In this document: piece after piece, positions 40,448-50,022 of the stretch
Layout of the letters: the number at the start of each line of letters is the position of its first letter
Position numbering within the stretch: the first letter of the stretch is position 1
NCBI GenBank assembly: GCA_965227775.1
Contig: OZ245777.1
Span: 2,304,001 to 2,368,000, forward strand
Direction of reading: 5' to 3'
DNA from: Phycisphaerales bacterium
GTDB lineage: Bacteria; Planctomycetota; Phycisphaerae; Phycisphaerales; UBA1924
Length of the DNA stretch: 64,000 nt
Made by a program: the position numbers and the translations under genes
The notes under the pieces: generated by a model
Told to the model about the DNA's origin: nothing
What the model saw: the letters and a program-made list of their open reading frames with translations, nothing else
Databases searched by the model: none

Positions 40448-43400
40448 ATGCCCGACGCCCCCGCGTCACAGTCCAAGTCGCCTCGTAAGCGCCGTCGGCT
40501 CCGCAAAGTCGCAATCGGCCTGGGATCTGCTGCCCTCGTGCTGCTGCTGGTCATCGCCATCGGCGGTCCGGCCATCATCGGTGCCGTGGCGCCGGGGATC
40601 GTCCGAGGCCTCGATGTTCCCGGCAGCCTCGCTGTCGAACGAGTATCGGTGTCGTGGACGGGCGACCTCGAGCTCCGTCAGGCTTCACTCCACGACGCCG
40701 CCGGCGAGCACGTGGCAACGGTCTCGGTCCGTACCGCCGGCGGCCTGCTCGGATTGCTCAACGCCCATCTCGAACAGGACATCATCGTCGATGGATGGGC
40801 GAGCATCTACGTGTACGAAGACGGGACGACAAACATCGAGCGAGCGCTCGGCCTGGAACGGGGCGCGGAAGCAAGAGCCGCCGCCGACGCCGAACAGAAG
40901 GGCGAACTCGGAGAACTGCCGTTCACGAGAATTGTCCTCGAGACTGTCGATGTCATCCTGACGCGCGAGGGCTCGCAAACGCTGGCGATCTCCGGCTTCA
41001 AGGGCGACCTGAGAGCCGAGGGCACCCGCACGACCGCAACGCTTGCTGGTGCGCTCGCGTTGCCGGCGGTGCATCCATCTACGCGCGAGGACATCGGGTC
41101 GGCAATCAGAGGCGGAAGCTTCGAGGCAAACGCCGATCTCGATCTCGGCAGCTTCACGGGCGTAGCCAGTGCCACCTTCACGGAGATCACCCCCGAGTAC
41201 GCCGAAGCCCTGGGTGCCATCAGCGGGAACGACACGATCGCTCAGGCCGCCATGGTCGCCGCACGGGGCGGGCTCTCGCTCGACGCCAGTAGTGATCTGG
41301 AGGGAGGCCTACCCACGGACGCGAACGTGTCGCTGGACTCGGAGACGCTCCGAGCATCGCTCGTGCTCGCCAAGCAGGATGGTGCGATCCGGCTGACCGC
41401 TCCCGGCTCGGTCGAGGTCGATGCAAGCGCCTTCCTCGCCAACGAAGCGATTCACTCGGTTGTCATGCCGGCAGATCGCGTGCAAGTCGTGCAAGCGGGG
41501 CGCGTGACGCTGGACATCCAAGAGTTCTCGCTACCGCTGGATGGCATGTCGCCCAAGCTGACGGATCTGCAGTCGGTCGTTCGAGTCGGCCTCGGTAACA
41601 CGCGGCTCATCGTGCCGAGTACCGAGGGCGACGCGACGATCGATCTTTCGAACACAACGCTGACCGCCGAGGTGGTCGCGAATCAACCAATGCACGTGAC
41701 GGCAAGCGCCCGAGCGGCAGTCAATGGCCAGCCGGACGGGACGCTCTCGATCGACGGCCGCATCGACTTCGCGTCGCTCACACAGCTGGGTAGCGAGGCC
41801 GGATTCGGTGTGGCATCCCTGTCACGCGGTGTTCCGTCGGTCGAACTGACCCTCCAGTCGATACCCGTGGTCGCGGCGACGCCGTGGCTTGCGGTTCTGG
41901 AAGACGCCGGCTTTGACCTGCCCGCCATCACCGGCGACACAATCGACGCACGCGTCGCATGGAAGGCTCGGGAGGATGGTTCCGCAGGTGTCTCGCTCGG
42001 CGTCCAAGCTCCCCACGTAGAAGCATCCGCTGATGCGACATGGGCCAGCGAGGCCATCGTGCTCAACTCGCCGGCGACCGTGCGCGTCGCCCGGCCAAAC
42101 GCTGTCGCTGCCCGCTGGTTGCCCGAAGGCTGGTCCATGCAGAACGGCGAGGGCCTCAGCGCAACGATCGGCAAGTTTCGCCTGCCCATGGCCGGACTTC
42201 GCCCCGAGATTGCAGCAGCAACGGCCGAAGCCCGCCTGACGACCGCGAGCGTTTCGCTGACGAGGCCAGATGGTCCCCCGATCGGTCTCGCCAGCCTCGA
42301 ACTCAATCTTTCTACATCCGCATCGCAGACCCAACTCACGCTTGCTTCTGCGCCCAAGCTCGGTGAAGAGGCCGCGATGCTGAACGCAGACCTGGGCACC
42401 GCCGGCCTCGAAGCACTGCTTGGTGGTGAGTCTTTCCAGCCGCCGGCAATCCTCGGGTCGGTGCAGTTCGCCGGTCCGATGCGGCTTGTACGCGAGTTCG
42501 AGATCGACGCCGCCGGTCGACCGCTGCACGCCTGGCTCGCCGACGCGGTCGGCCCCGACGTGACGCTCACGCTGAACCTGACCGACCCTGCCGAGGGCGA
42601 CCTGATCGCCGGTGAGTTGGGTGTCGATTCCCGGCACGTCAAGGCAACCGCCACGGGTCTCAAGGCCTCAGCGTCTCGGGTAGCGGTGGCTGGCGTCGGC
42701 GTCCGCGCGACTCCATCGCAGGCGCTGTGGAACACGATCGCGCCGATGGCCGGCATGCAGGGCTCGTCGCTCGCGCAAACCTCAGCGTTGGTGCTCGACG
42801 TCGGTCCCGCGGCACTCTCGTTTGGGGAGGGCCAGAACCCGCTCGCTGGGCTTCATCAAACCCCGGTCACACTCCGCTCGCAACGCGACATCCGCATCAA
42901 CGGCGTGCCGACCGGTCAACCCGATGAGTCTGGTGAGCGTCCGCGCACCGATGTTGTGTTTTCTGGACTACGAGCCCAAGTGAGCTCGATCGGTTCGGCG
43001 ATCTCAAGCGGTTCGGATCTCCAGTCTTTGCTCGACTTGAACGTGCGTTCACCCGAGCTTGGCAGCCTCGCTGTCGTGAATGTGGTTGCGAATTCTGACA
43101 GCACAGGCAATCTCAATGCAACGGCCACGATCGAAGAGCTCAGCATCCGTGATGGATTCTCACTCGCCGGCGTGGGTGATAGAGGGATCGACGCTGCGGT
43201 GGGGGCGCTCGGCCAAAGTGGGATGATCGTTGTCGAGGCCCGGGCAGCCGCATCGCCCGAGAACGCAATGCCGTGGTCCCTCGAGCGCGTCTCGGTCTCG
43301 CTGGACACGCCCCGTCTCAAGGCGTCTCAGCCGATCGTTGCCCAGTTCACGCCGGAGACGATCGAACTCGAAGCGCCGACAACGATCACATGGACACCCG

Positions 43401-44659
43401 ATGCGGCCTGGCTTGCGAGTGCAATTGGCGCCGAGGTCACCGCCGTTGAACCCTTCCAGATCCAACTCGAGCGCTTGGCGGTCGGCAATCCGCTGACGCA
43501 AGGCGTTGGCCTTCTCGATCCGACGCTTGTCAACCTCGATGCGTCGCTGAACGCAAAGGGTGCCAGCATCGCGATCCCAGACCGGCCGGCGATCGAACTC
43601 AGCGAGGTGAGCGGTCGAGTCCGCCGCGTCGGCCAGAGCACGTACGGCATCACCGCGAACGCCTCGACGGAGAGCGGCGGTACGCTCGAACTCAACGGAC
43701 TGCTGCAGAACCCGGCCGACGCGACCGGCCGGCTCTCCCTCGAGACCGCTGAGGTCCGTGGAACGCTCAAGGGCAACGAGATCCCCGTTGCGCTCGCGGA
43801 TGCCATGTCGAACACTGACGGCTTGCTGGCCGACAGCCTCGGGCCCGTCGTTGATCTCGACGCCGAAATCCAGCACGGACGGCTGATTCCGCGCCAGCCA
43901 CCATCGGCCGACCTGCGCTTCAGCGTTCGCGGTCCCAGAGCCGACGCGTCCGGCTACGGCCGCCTCGAGAACCGCATGATCATCATGTCCGAGCCCCAGA
44001 CGATCCTGACCGTGCGCGAGGTACGCCCGGAGATCGCCGCGCGGTTCAGCGAGATCATCCCGGAACTCCTGCAGGTCGAGAAGCGGCCCGAAGACGGTCC
44101 GGCGATCATCCGCACCGCGCGGCTGCAGATTCCGACCAACGGCGAGTGGGCCAATGGTCAGGGCGACCTGACGATCGCGCTGGGCACCGCCCGATTCCGC
44201 AGCAGCAGCGTGCTGTCGTCGGTGCTCAAGGCAACCGGTCAACGCCAGCAGGGATCGCTCGGTCGACGCATCGCGCCGATCCACATCACAATGAACGACG
44301 GCGTCATCACCTACGACCCGTTCACACTGCCGCTGGGCGATCTTGAGCTCGAGTCAGAAGGCACCGTTGATCTGGTGCAAAACTCGATGGACGTGATCGT
44401 GTGGATTCCTGTTGCCGCACTGTCCGACGAGGCAGCGGGCAAGTTCAATACAGGGCTGGGCAGCGCGCTCGGGAGATCCGTCCCGGGCTTCGGCAAGCTC
44501 TCGACCGTGCCGTGGCGTGTCAGCGGCGAGCTCACAAACCCGACGATCCGGCCCGCCCCAAATGTGCTCTTGCGCCGCCGGGGCAGCGAGTTCTTAGGCC
44601 CGCTGCTGCGACCCGGTGAGTCGCTGCAGGACTTGCTCAGTATCCCAGACTTGCGATGA
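40448..44659 (+). CDS. Large AsmA/TamB-like envelope protein
   Basis: 1403 aa; basic N-terminus plus one TM anchor; long beta-rich body; C-terminal G.VDL..N.MD...PW.VSG.L..P pattern. Confidence 0.7.
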   Translation: MPDAPASQSKSPRKRRRLRKVAIGLGSAALVLLLVIAIGGPAIIGAVAPGIVRGLDVPGSLAVERVSVSWTGDLELRQASLHDAAGEHVATVSVRTAGGLLGLLNAHLEQDIIVDGWASIYVYEDGTTNIERALGLERGAEARAAADAEQKGELGELPFTRIVLETVDVILTREGSQTLAISGFKGDLRAEGTRTTATLAGALALPAVHPSTREDIGSAIRGGSFEANADLDLGSFTGVASATFTEITPEYAEALGAISGNDTIAQAAMVAARGGLSLDASSDLEGGLPTDANVSLDSETLRASLVLAKQDGAIRLTAPGSVEVDASAFLANEAIHSVVMPADRVQVVQAGRVTLDIQEFSLPLDGMSPKLTDLQSVVRVGLGNTRLIVPSTEGDATIDLSNTTLTAEVVANQPMHVTASARAAVNGQPDGTLSIDGRIDFASLTQLGSEAGFGVASLSRGVPSVELTLQSIPVVAATPWLAVLEDAGFDLPAITGDTIDARVAWKAREDGSAGVSLGVQAPHVEASADATWASEAIVLNSPATVRVARPNAVAARWLPEGWSMQNGEGLSATIGKFRLPMAGLRPEIAAATAEARLTTASVSLTRPDGPPIGLASLELNLSTSASQTQLTLASAPKLGEEAAMLNADLGTAGLEALLGGESFQPPAILGSVQFAGPMRLVREFEIDAAGRPLHAWLADAVGPDVTLTLNLTDPAEGDLIAGELGVDSRHVKATATGLKASASRVAVAGVGVRATPSQALWNTIAPMAGMQGSSLAQTSALVLDVGPAALSFGEGQNPLAGLHQTPVTLRSQRDIRINGVPTGQPDESGERPRTDVVFSGLRAQVSSIGSAISSGSDLQSLLDLNVRSPELGSLAVVNVVANSDSTGNLNATATIEELSIRDGFSLAGVGDRGIDAAVGALGQSGMIVVEARAAASPENAMPWSLERVSVSLDTPRLKASQPIVAQFTPETIELEAPTTITWTPDAAWLASAIGAEVTAVEPFQIQLERLAVGNPLTQGVGLLDPTLVNLDASLNAKGASIAIPDRPAIELSEVSGRVRRVGQSTYGITANASTESGGTLELNGLLQNPADATGRLSLETAEVRGTLKGNEIPVALADAMSNTDGLLADSLGPVVDLDAEIQHGRLIPRQPPSADLRFSVRGPRADASGYGRLENRMIIMSEPQTILTVREVRPEIAARFSEIIPELLQVEKRPEDGPAIIRTARLQIPTNGEWANGQGDLTIALGTARFRSSSVLSSVLKATGQRQQGSLGRRIAPIHITMNDGVITYDPFTLPLGDLELESEGTVDLVQNSMDVIVWIPVAALSDEAAGKFNTGLGSALGRSVPGFGKLSTVPWRVSGELTNPTIRPAPNVLLRRRGSEFLGPLLRPGESLQDLLSIPDLR

Positions 44660-44687
44660 GAAGACTCCGGCGTCTGAATCTGGGAGC

Positions 44688-45383
44688 CTAATCCAGTGCG
44701 TCCACGATCGCCAGCGTCGGCGCTATGACGCCACCCTCCAGCGTTGCCAGTTCCGAGCGAAGTGTGGCTCGACCGATCCACCGCGCGTCCGCGCATTCCC
44801 ACGCCCGCTCCGCACCGGTCCGGAGCGGCGGCGGCTCACCCTCGATCCGAGCTCGCACGATGATGTCGAGGCTGCGAGCGAGCGGATCGAACACGAGCCC
44901 GATGGCCTGCGCATCGACGAGCGGCGAAGCCACGCCCACTTCTTCATCGAGCTCTGTCCGCAACGTGTCCATGACAGCCTCGAGCGCGAACGCCCCGGGT
45001 GATACGGGTACCTCGAGGCCTCCCGCGGGTGCAAACTCCCACATGCCCGGGTAGCTGCGAGTCTGCGGCCCCCGACGGGCGAGCAAGACATCCGGTCCCG
45101 TTGCAGGCCCCGCCTCGATAACGCCGGTGACACTCAGAATGGTCGTGGCCAACGCTCGATCTGCAGGTTGACACACAACGTGCGCAAAACGATCAGGTGA
45201 TGCGACAATCAAGCCGGACGCGATGTCAACAGACCGTACGGCCAGGATTGGCCCGTCGAACAACCGCGTGTTCGTAGCTTGGGCCGCCTCCCAACAGGTG
45301 CGTGAGGACGCATGAAGATCCGGATGCGAACCTCGCACCTCGACACAAAGCGGTTTCGAACAAGGTACGAATCGGACGCTCAC
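44688..45383 (-). CDS. NUDIX hydrolase
   Basis: LLARRG..TRSYPGMWEFAPAGG...LRTELDEEVG; overlaps the ybaB stop (GTGA). Confidence 0.82.
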   Translation of the reverse strand: MSVRFVPCSKPLCVEVRGSHPDLHASSRTCWEAAQATNTRLFDGPILAVRSVDIASGLIVASPDRFAHVVCQPADRALATTILSVTGVIEAGPATGPDVLLARRGPQTRSYPGMWEFAPAGGLEVPVSPGAFALEAVMDTLRTELDEEVGVASPLVDAQAIGLVFDPLARSLDIIVRARIEGEPPPLRTGAERAWECADARWIGRATLRSELATLEGGVIAPTLAIVDALD

Positions 45384-45772
45384 AGCCCGAGCGCCGACGA
45401 GAGCGGACCGCCCATCTGCGACGTCAGCTCCTCGGGCAGGCCGAGCTCCCTGGCCTCCTCGGCGACGACCTCTCGTGCGAGCGACTGGGCCTTGCCCATC
45501 GCGTCGTTGGTCGCTTGCGCGATCAAGTCCTGTGCGAGCAGTTGGCTTGCCTTGTCGGCCGAGAACGCCGTCGCCATCGCCGGTTCGATGTGCACGCCAA
45601 TGACCTTCATCGCCCCGCTCACAGTCACGACGATGGCACCCTCGCCGGCCGAACCCTGCACCCTGGCCGACTCGAGCCGGTCCTTCACGCGTTCGGCCGC
45701 GTCTGCCAGCCTTTGCCGATCCTTCATCAGGCTCGTGATCGCGCCCAGGGCGCGCATCTGATCAAACACCAC
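45380..45772 (-). CDS. ybaB: YbaB/EbfC nucleoid-associated protein
   Basis: V.GSAGEGAIVVTVSG..KVIGVHIEP...DLIAQATNDA; GGAGG RBS; downstream of dnaX. Confidence 0.9.
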   Translation of the reverse strand: MVFDQMRALGAITSLMKDRQRLADAAERVKDRLESARVQGSAGEGAIVVTVSGAMKVIGVHIEPAMATAFSADKASQLLAQDLIAQATNDAMGKAQSLAREVVAEEARELGLPEELTSQMGGPLSSALGL

Positions 45773-45787
45773 GCACCTCCGTGAGGA

Positions 45788-46123
45788 TCACTCGGCTTCT
45801 TCGACGATCGTGTAGGAGATCGCCCTGCCGCCACGGACGACGACGTCGACGACCAGCGTGTTGCTCGAATTCACGTGCGCCATGTCGAAGCGGTGGCGGC
45901 CCTCACCCATGTCCTGGGGCGAATCGTGACCCAGCCGGGCCTTGACACCCTCCAGGTCCAGACCCTCCTGGGCCATCTCGCCGCTGCGGAACCACTCCTG
46001 GGCCTCGGCTTCGTTCATGGTGCCGCCCTGCTGCGTCAGAAAGTACCACACGCCGCCAGCACACGCAACGATGATCAAGAGCAGGATGACGTTCTTGATG
46101 AGACCAGACTTCTTCGGTGCCAT
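45788..46123 (-). CDS. Small single-TM hypothetical protein
   Basis: GGAG RBS; N-terminal TM helix; lies between dnaX and ybaB. Confidence 0.75.
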   Translation of the reverse strand: MAPKKSGLIKNVILLLIIVACAGGVWYFLTQQGGTMNEAEAQEWFRSGEMAQEGLDLEGVKARLGHDSPQDMGEGRHRFDMAHVNSSNTLVVDVVVRGGRAISYTIVEEAE

Positions 46124-46171
46124 GCCGTGTACTCCGCTGTGTGCGTGGGTGGGGTCGCCTAACGGCAGAGG

Positions 46172-46423
46172 TTAGGGGCCACTGCGGCTCGGTGTTTCAT
46201 CGGGTGCGAACAACTCGCGGGCCCGCCGCACCAGCTCGTGATCGGATGGCGGTGCGCCCAGCGATCCGTCACTCGGCTGTTCAGATCGCTCCGGCTTGGC
46301 CTCGGTCATCGCGCCGGGCCGAGCAACGGGCCTCGCCTGGTCTGCAGGTGGCACTGGCTCTTGCTTTCGTTGGGCCGGGGGCGAAACGCGCTCGGGCGGG
46401 GCCGCCGGCCTCAGGCTTTTCCC
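46172..46423 (-). CDS. dnaX: Probable -1-frame C-terminal extension of DnaX (tau tail)
   Basis: Open frame from the slippery site to TAA 46172-46174; Pro/Ala-rich linker ending DHELVRRARELF. Confidence 0.7.
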   Translation of the reverse strand, partial: GKSLRPAAPPERVSPPAQRKQEPVPPADQARPVARPGAMTEAKPERSEQPSDGSLGAPPSDHELVRRARELFAPDETPSRSGP

Positions 46424-47547
46424 GAGGCCATCTCCGCTGGCCGGCCCGCGCGTCCGCCGCTCGCGAGTGCGGTCAGGTCAGCAAATCGCTCGGCCATCGC
46501 CAGGCGCACGAGCGCCGAATCGAACATCGCGCGTGGCGCCGGGCTCTCGCGGCACACGCGCTGGGCGGTCTCGCATAACGCGATCATGTGGCTGAGCGCG
46601 GGCGCGTCGAATCGCCGCGATCGTTCTACCTCGGCCTGCCTCGCCGCGTCCGAAAGCTCGACGAGCGGTGTCTCCGGCCCGCACACGCCCAGCACCATCA
46701 GGTCCCGAAGCCTGTTCGCCAGCGTCTCGAGTGCCAGCTCTGGGCTGATTCCCAGGTTCAGCAGCGAGTCACCCGCGCGGATGGCCGCATCGGCATCGCC
46801 GCCCGAGATCGCGTCGACGAGGTTGCCGATCAGTTCGCGGTCGGGCAGGCCCAGCAACTCCTCGAGGCGGGCGAGCGTGAGCCGGTCATCTCCGGCGGCC
46901 ATCAGTCGATCCAGCAGGCTGAGCGCATCGCGCATCGATCCCGCACCCAGCCGCGCGACGGCAGCCAGCAGGTCGTCGTCGGCCTGAACGCCCTCCTTCT
47001 CGCTCACCTCGCGCAAGTGTTCTGCGATGCGAGACGCAGGGATCATCCGGAAGTCGAACCGCTGGCAGCGGCTCTGGATAGTGGGGGGGACCTTGTTGGC
47101 CTCGGTCGTGCACAGGATGAACTTGACGTGGTCCGGCGGCTCTTCCATCGTCTTTAGGAGGGTGTTGAACGCCTCCTTGGTCAGCATGTGGACCTCGTCG
47201 ATGATGTACACCTTCAGCTTGCCGCGCAGCGGCATGTACCCGGCGTTGGCGATGAGCTCTCGGGCGTTGTCCACGCCGCGATTGCTGGCCGCATCAATCT
47301 CGATGACGTCGCTGTCGCGGCCCTCCATGATCGCCTGGTCAACCTCGCCAGCGCCGCCTGCTAAGGCCTTCGCGAAGATCCGGGCCATCGAGGTCTTGCC
47401 AACACCCCGCGTGCCGCAGAAGAGGTACGCGTGGGCAACACGCCCCTGCTCGATGGCCTTCGCCAGCGTCCGCGCGACGGCCTCCTGCCCCACGACGGAG
47501 TCGAAATCGGTGCTGCGATAACGGCGGGCAAGGGCGGTGTAGGCCAT
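46411..47547 (-). CDS. dnaX: DNA polymerase III subunit gamma/tau (0-frame product, 378 aa)
   Basis: MAYTALARRYR, GTRGVGKTS, EIDAASNRGVD, IIDEVHML, TIQSRCQRF, GSMRDALS. Confidence 0.96.
   Translation of the reverse strand: MAYTALARRYRSTDFDSVVGQEAVARTLAKAIEQGRVAHAYLFCGTRGVGKTSMARIFAKALAGGAGEVDQAIMEGRDSDVIEIDAASNRGVDNARELIANAGYMPLRGKLKVYIIDEVHMLTKEAFNTLLKTMEEPPDHVKFILCTTEANKVPPTIQSRCQRFDFRMIPASRIAEHLREVSEKEGVQADDDLLAAVARLGAGSMRDALSLLDRLMAAGDDRLTLARLEELLGLPDRELIGNLVDAISGGDADAAIRAGDSLLNLGISPELALETLANRLRDLMVLGVCGPETPLVELSDAARQAEVERSRRFDAPALSHMIALCETAQRVCRESPAPRAMFDSALVRLAMAERFADLTALASGGRAGRPAEMASGKA
46417..46423 (-). other. Candidate -1 ribosomal frameshift heptamer G_GGA_AAA
   Basis: In-frame X_XXY_YYZ heptamer one codon before the stop; GGAGA 7 nt upstream; GC stem starting 6 nt downstream. 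Confidence 0.7.
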
Positions 47548-47724
47548 GGGGCAGGATAGGTGGGCGCGACCGAAGCGTTCGAACTCCATGAACCGAGAAT
47601 TGGGCTTGCGTCGGCCTCGCTCTTCCGTTACACTGGCTACATGGCCACAAGGGCCACCCACCCAACCGCTGAGCGGGCCATGCGACCCCGGCGACGATCC
47701 AACCAGGCACCGAGGAGGCTTGCC

Positions 47725-49377
47725 ATGAGCAACGCCAACGATCGCGCGCGAATGTTCTGCCTTCTGGCGGCGATGGGTCTTGCCATGCCGGTCGCCGCTC
47801 AGACCGATCCGCTGGCCGAACCCTTCGGCCCGACGTTCGATTGGCGAGAGTTGCTGCCATCTCAGGGTGGGGATGGGTCGCTGGGTTACGTGCTCCGGAA
47901 CTCCCGAACTGAATGGCATCCCGGATGGCTTCGCGCGAGCAATGCGGGCGACATCAACGGCGATGGCCTGTCCGACATATTGCATGATGTGTCTCGAACC
48001 GGACGCTCCACGTGGGGCGTGCTGATGGGAAGTGAGGACCGCAACGCCGTCATCGACGTATCCGCCACGGTTGCCAACGACGGGTTTCAGCTAGCGCCGG
48101 CAGGCGCACGGGCGTACGCATCGACTGGTGTCGGTGACATCAACGGCGATGGGTTCGACGATGTTGTGGGCCAGCATGAGGGCTTTGCGTGCGGTCGGGG
48201 GTGCTATTACTACAACCAGACGACGATCGTCTTCGGGCGAGATGAGGCGGTGAGTGGGCCGTTCCCAACTTTGCTACCGCGACCATCGGCTACCTTGTGG
48301 GCAGGCATCCATGGGTGGGTCCGACCCACGAACGCTGTAGCCGATGTCAATAACGATGGCATCAACGATCTCTTGATTGAAGGTGGTGTTCCGTTTGTTG
48401 TGTTTGGTCGGCCGATCGACAAGCCGTTTCCAATTCTCGCCGACGTTTTCGACGTCATCGCAGAGACGGGCGGCTTCTCGATCGTCGACGACGAGTTCAC
48501 AACGCGCGGAGCACGCGGCGGTGGGGTCGGCGACCTCAATGGCGACGGCATCGATGACATAGCTGTCACCCTGAGACGGGCGGACGGTCCGCGGGGTGCC
48601 TACGTCATTTTCGGCCGTCCTGCTCACGAACCATTTCCCGGCGTACTGGATCCAACACTCGGCGATGCCTCAGAGGCGGTGTTCTTCAAGATCGACGACC
48701 CTGGCTGGACGGCCTCCTCCGTCGGCACGCCCGGCGACATCAACGGCGACGAGATCGACGACATGACGATCGGCGGCTTCAACAGCGATGGTCGACGGAG
48801 GCTATACGTCGTGTTCGGCCGGCACGACACCCACCGGGACCCATTTCTTCCTGCGGTCCACCTCGATGCGCTCGACGGAGATGATGGCTTCGTGCTGCGT
48901 AGCAGCGATGGATGGAGCCTTTCGGACGGGAGGCACCAGCTACTTGGCGACGTGAATGGTGATGACGTTGACGACCTGCTCGTGGGCAACGCGGTGTATT
49001 ACGGGCAGCAGCACGCTCGATACCCGGCGGTCGTGCACCCGGATGACGTGCCGGCAAACCAACTCGTTCGATTCGAGGGCGTAGGACCTCACCATCTGAC
49101 GCCGGCGGGGGATGCAAACGGCGACGGCACGCCCGATCTCGCGGCCGGCATCGACGGCGCCGACTACGAAGTCGCCGCCATCATCTACGGCCGCCGACCA
49201 CCACCGCCATGCGACGCCGATATGGACCGCGATGGTGAGCTCACGATCTTCGATTGGTTGACGTTCTATCGAGCATGGGAAGACCGCCAGCCCCTCGCCG
49301 ACCTCGATGGGGACGGCGAGTACTCGCTGCTGGACTTCTTGCTCTACCAGATCATGTTCGACGTCGGCTGCCCGTAG
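47725..49377 (+). CDS. Secreted FG-GAP (integrin-alpha-like) repeat protein with C-terminal GC-type dockerin-like domain
   Basis: GAGGAGG RBS; signal peptide; about seven GD(I/V/L)NGDG..D repeats with V.FGR; ends FDVGCP. Confidence 0.9.
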   Translation: MSNANDRARMFCLLAAMGLAMPVAAQTDPLAEPFGPTFDWRELLPSQGGDGSLGYVLRNSRTEWHPGWLRASNAGDINGDGLSDILHDVSRTGRSTWGVLMGSEDRNAVIDVSATVANDGFQLAPAGARAYASTGVGDINGDGFDDVVGQHEGFACGRGCYYYNQTTIVFGRDEAVSGPFPTLLPRPSATLWAGIHGWVRPTNAVADVNNDGINDLLIEGGVPFVVFGRPIDKPFPILADVFDVIAETGGFSIVDDEFTTRGARGGGVGDLNGDGIDDIAVTLRRADGPRGAYVIFGRPAHEPFPGVLDPTLGDASEAVFFKIDDPGWTASSVGTPGDINGDEIDDMTIGGFNSDGRRRLYVVFGRHDTHRDPFLPAVHLDALDGDDGFVLRSSDGWSLSDGRHQLLGDVNGDDVDDLLVGNAVYYGQQHARYPAVVHPDDVPANQLVRFEGVGPHHLTPAGDANGDGTPDLAAGIDGADYEVAAIIYGRRPPPPCDADMDRDGELTIFDWLTFYRAWEDRQPLADLDGDGEYSLLDFLLYQIMFDVGCP

Positions 49378-49383
49378 CCGGCG

Positions 49384-50022
49384 CTAATCCCGCAGCCGCC
49401 GCGGAGAGGCACTCGCAACCAAGCGCAGCGTGGGGGTGTCCCAATTGGCGTTCAGCCCGGCGTCGCCGATGTCGCTGGCCTCGACGGTGATATCCATCGT
49501 GGCCCGCGTGAGCTGGGGGCCCACGTCGTACTCGAGCGTAAAGGTCGCGTCGAGCACACCGCGGAGCAGCGGGCGGGTCTCGCTACCGGTGAGCACGCCG
49601 TCGGTGAACTCGTCGATGGTCAGCATCAGCCGTTGCGACCCGTCGGTGGCGTCGGGGTCGACCTCGGCGAAGATCCGCGTGATCTCGCGGAAGTTCAGCG
49701 CCTCGTCCTCGTTCGACACGAACTCGATGGCGTTCGTGAACATCGGGTTCTGCGTCTGATCGAGTACATCGATCGGATATGGCGCGAACTCGCGGCCCGT
49801 GCGGATCATGGTCAGCACCCGGTGCGTTACGATTCGCGTGACCACGTGCGTCGAGGCGGTCTCGCTTGTCTGCTGATAGCTCTTGAAGCTGGTATCCAGA
49901 GCCGCCAGCGAGGCCGTGAGCAGCGCCGCGCTGATGCCCAGCGCCACCATCATCTCGATCAGGCTGAAGCCCCGGCCGCTCGAGGCCAGCAGGCGACGGG
50001 TCTTGGTCATCTTCGAGTTCAC
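49384..50022 (-). CDS. Prepilin-type N-terminal cleavage/methylation protein (minor pilin/pseudopilin)
   Basis: RGFSLIEMMVAL class III signal; overlaps the upstream gene. Confidence 0.9.
   Translation of the reverse strand: MNSKMTKTRRLLASSGRGFSLIEMMVALGISAALLTASLAALDTSFKSYQQTSETASTHVVTRIVTHRVLTMIRTGREFAPYPIDVLDQTQNPMFTNAIEFVSNEDEALNFREITRIFAEVDPDATDGSQRLMLTIDEFTDGVLTGSETRPLLRGVLDATFTLEYDVGPQLTRATMDITVEASDIGDAGLNANWDTPTLRLVASASPRRLRD

Noticed and set aside
45120..45383. Lower-GC 5' part of the NUDIX gene as a third intragenic patch
   Set aside because: Short, in a non-core gene and not quantified; too weak to claim.
47548..47724. SRP RNA (ffs) upstream of dnaX, as in many bacteria
   Set aside because: No recognisable SRP domain IV motif seen by eye; an Rfam search would be decisive.
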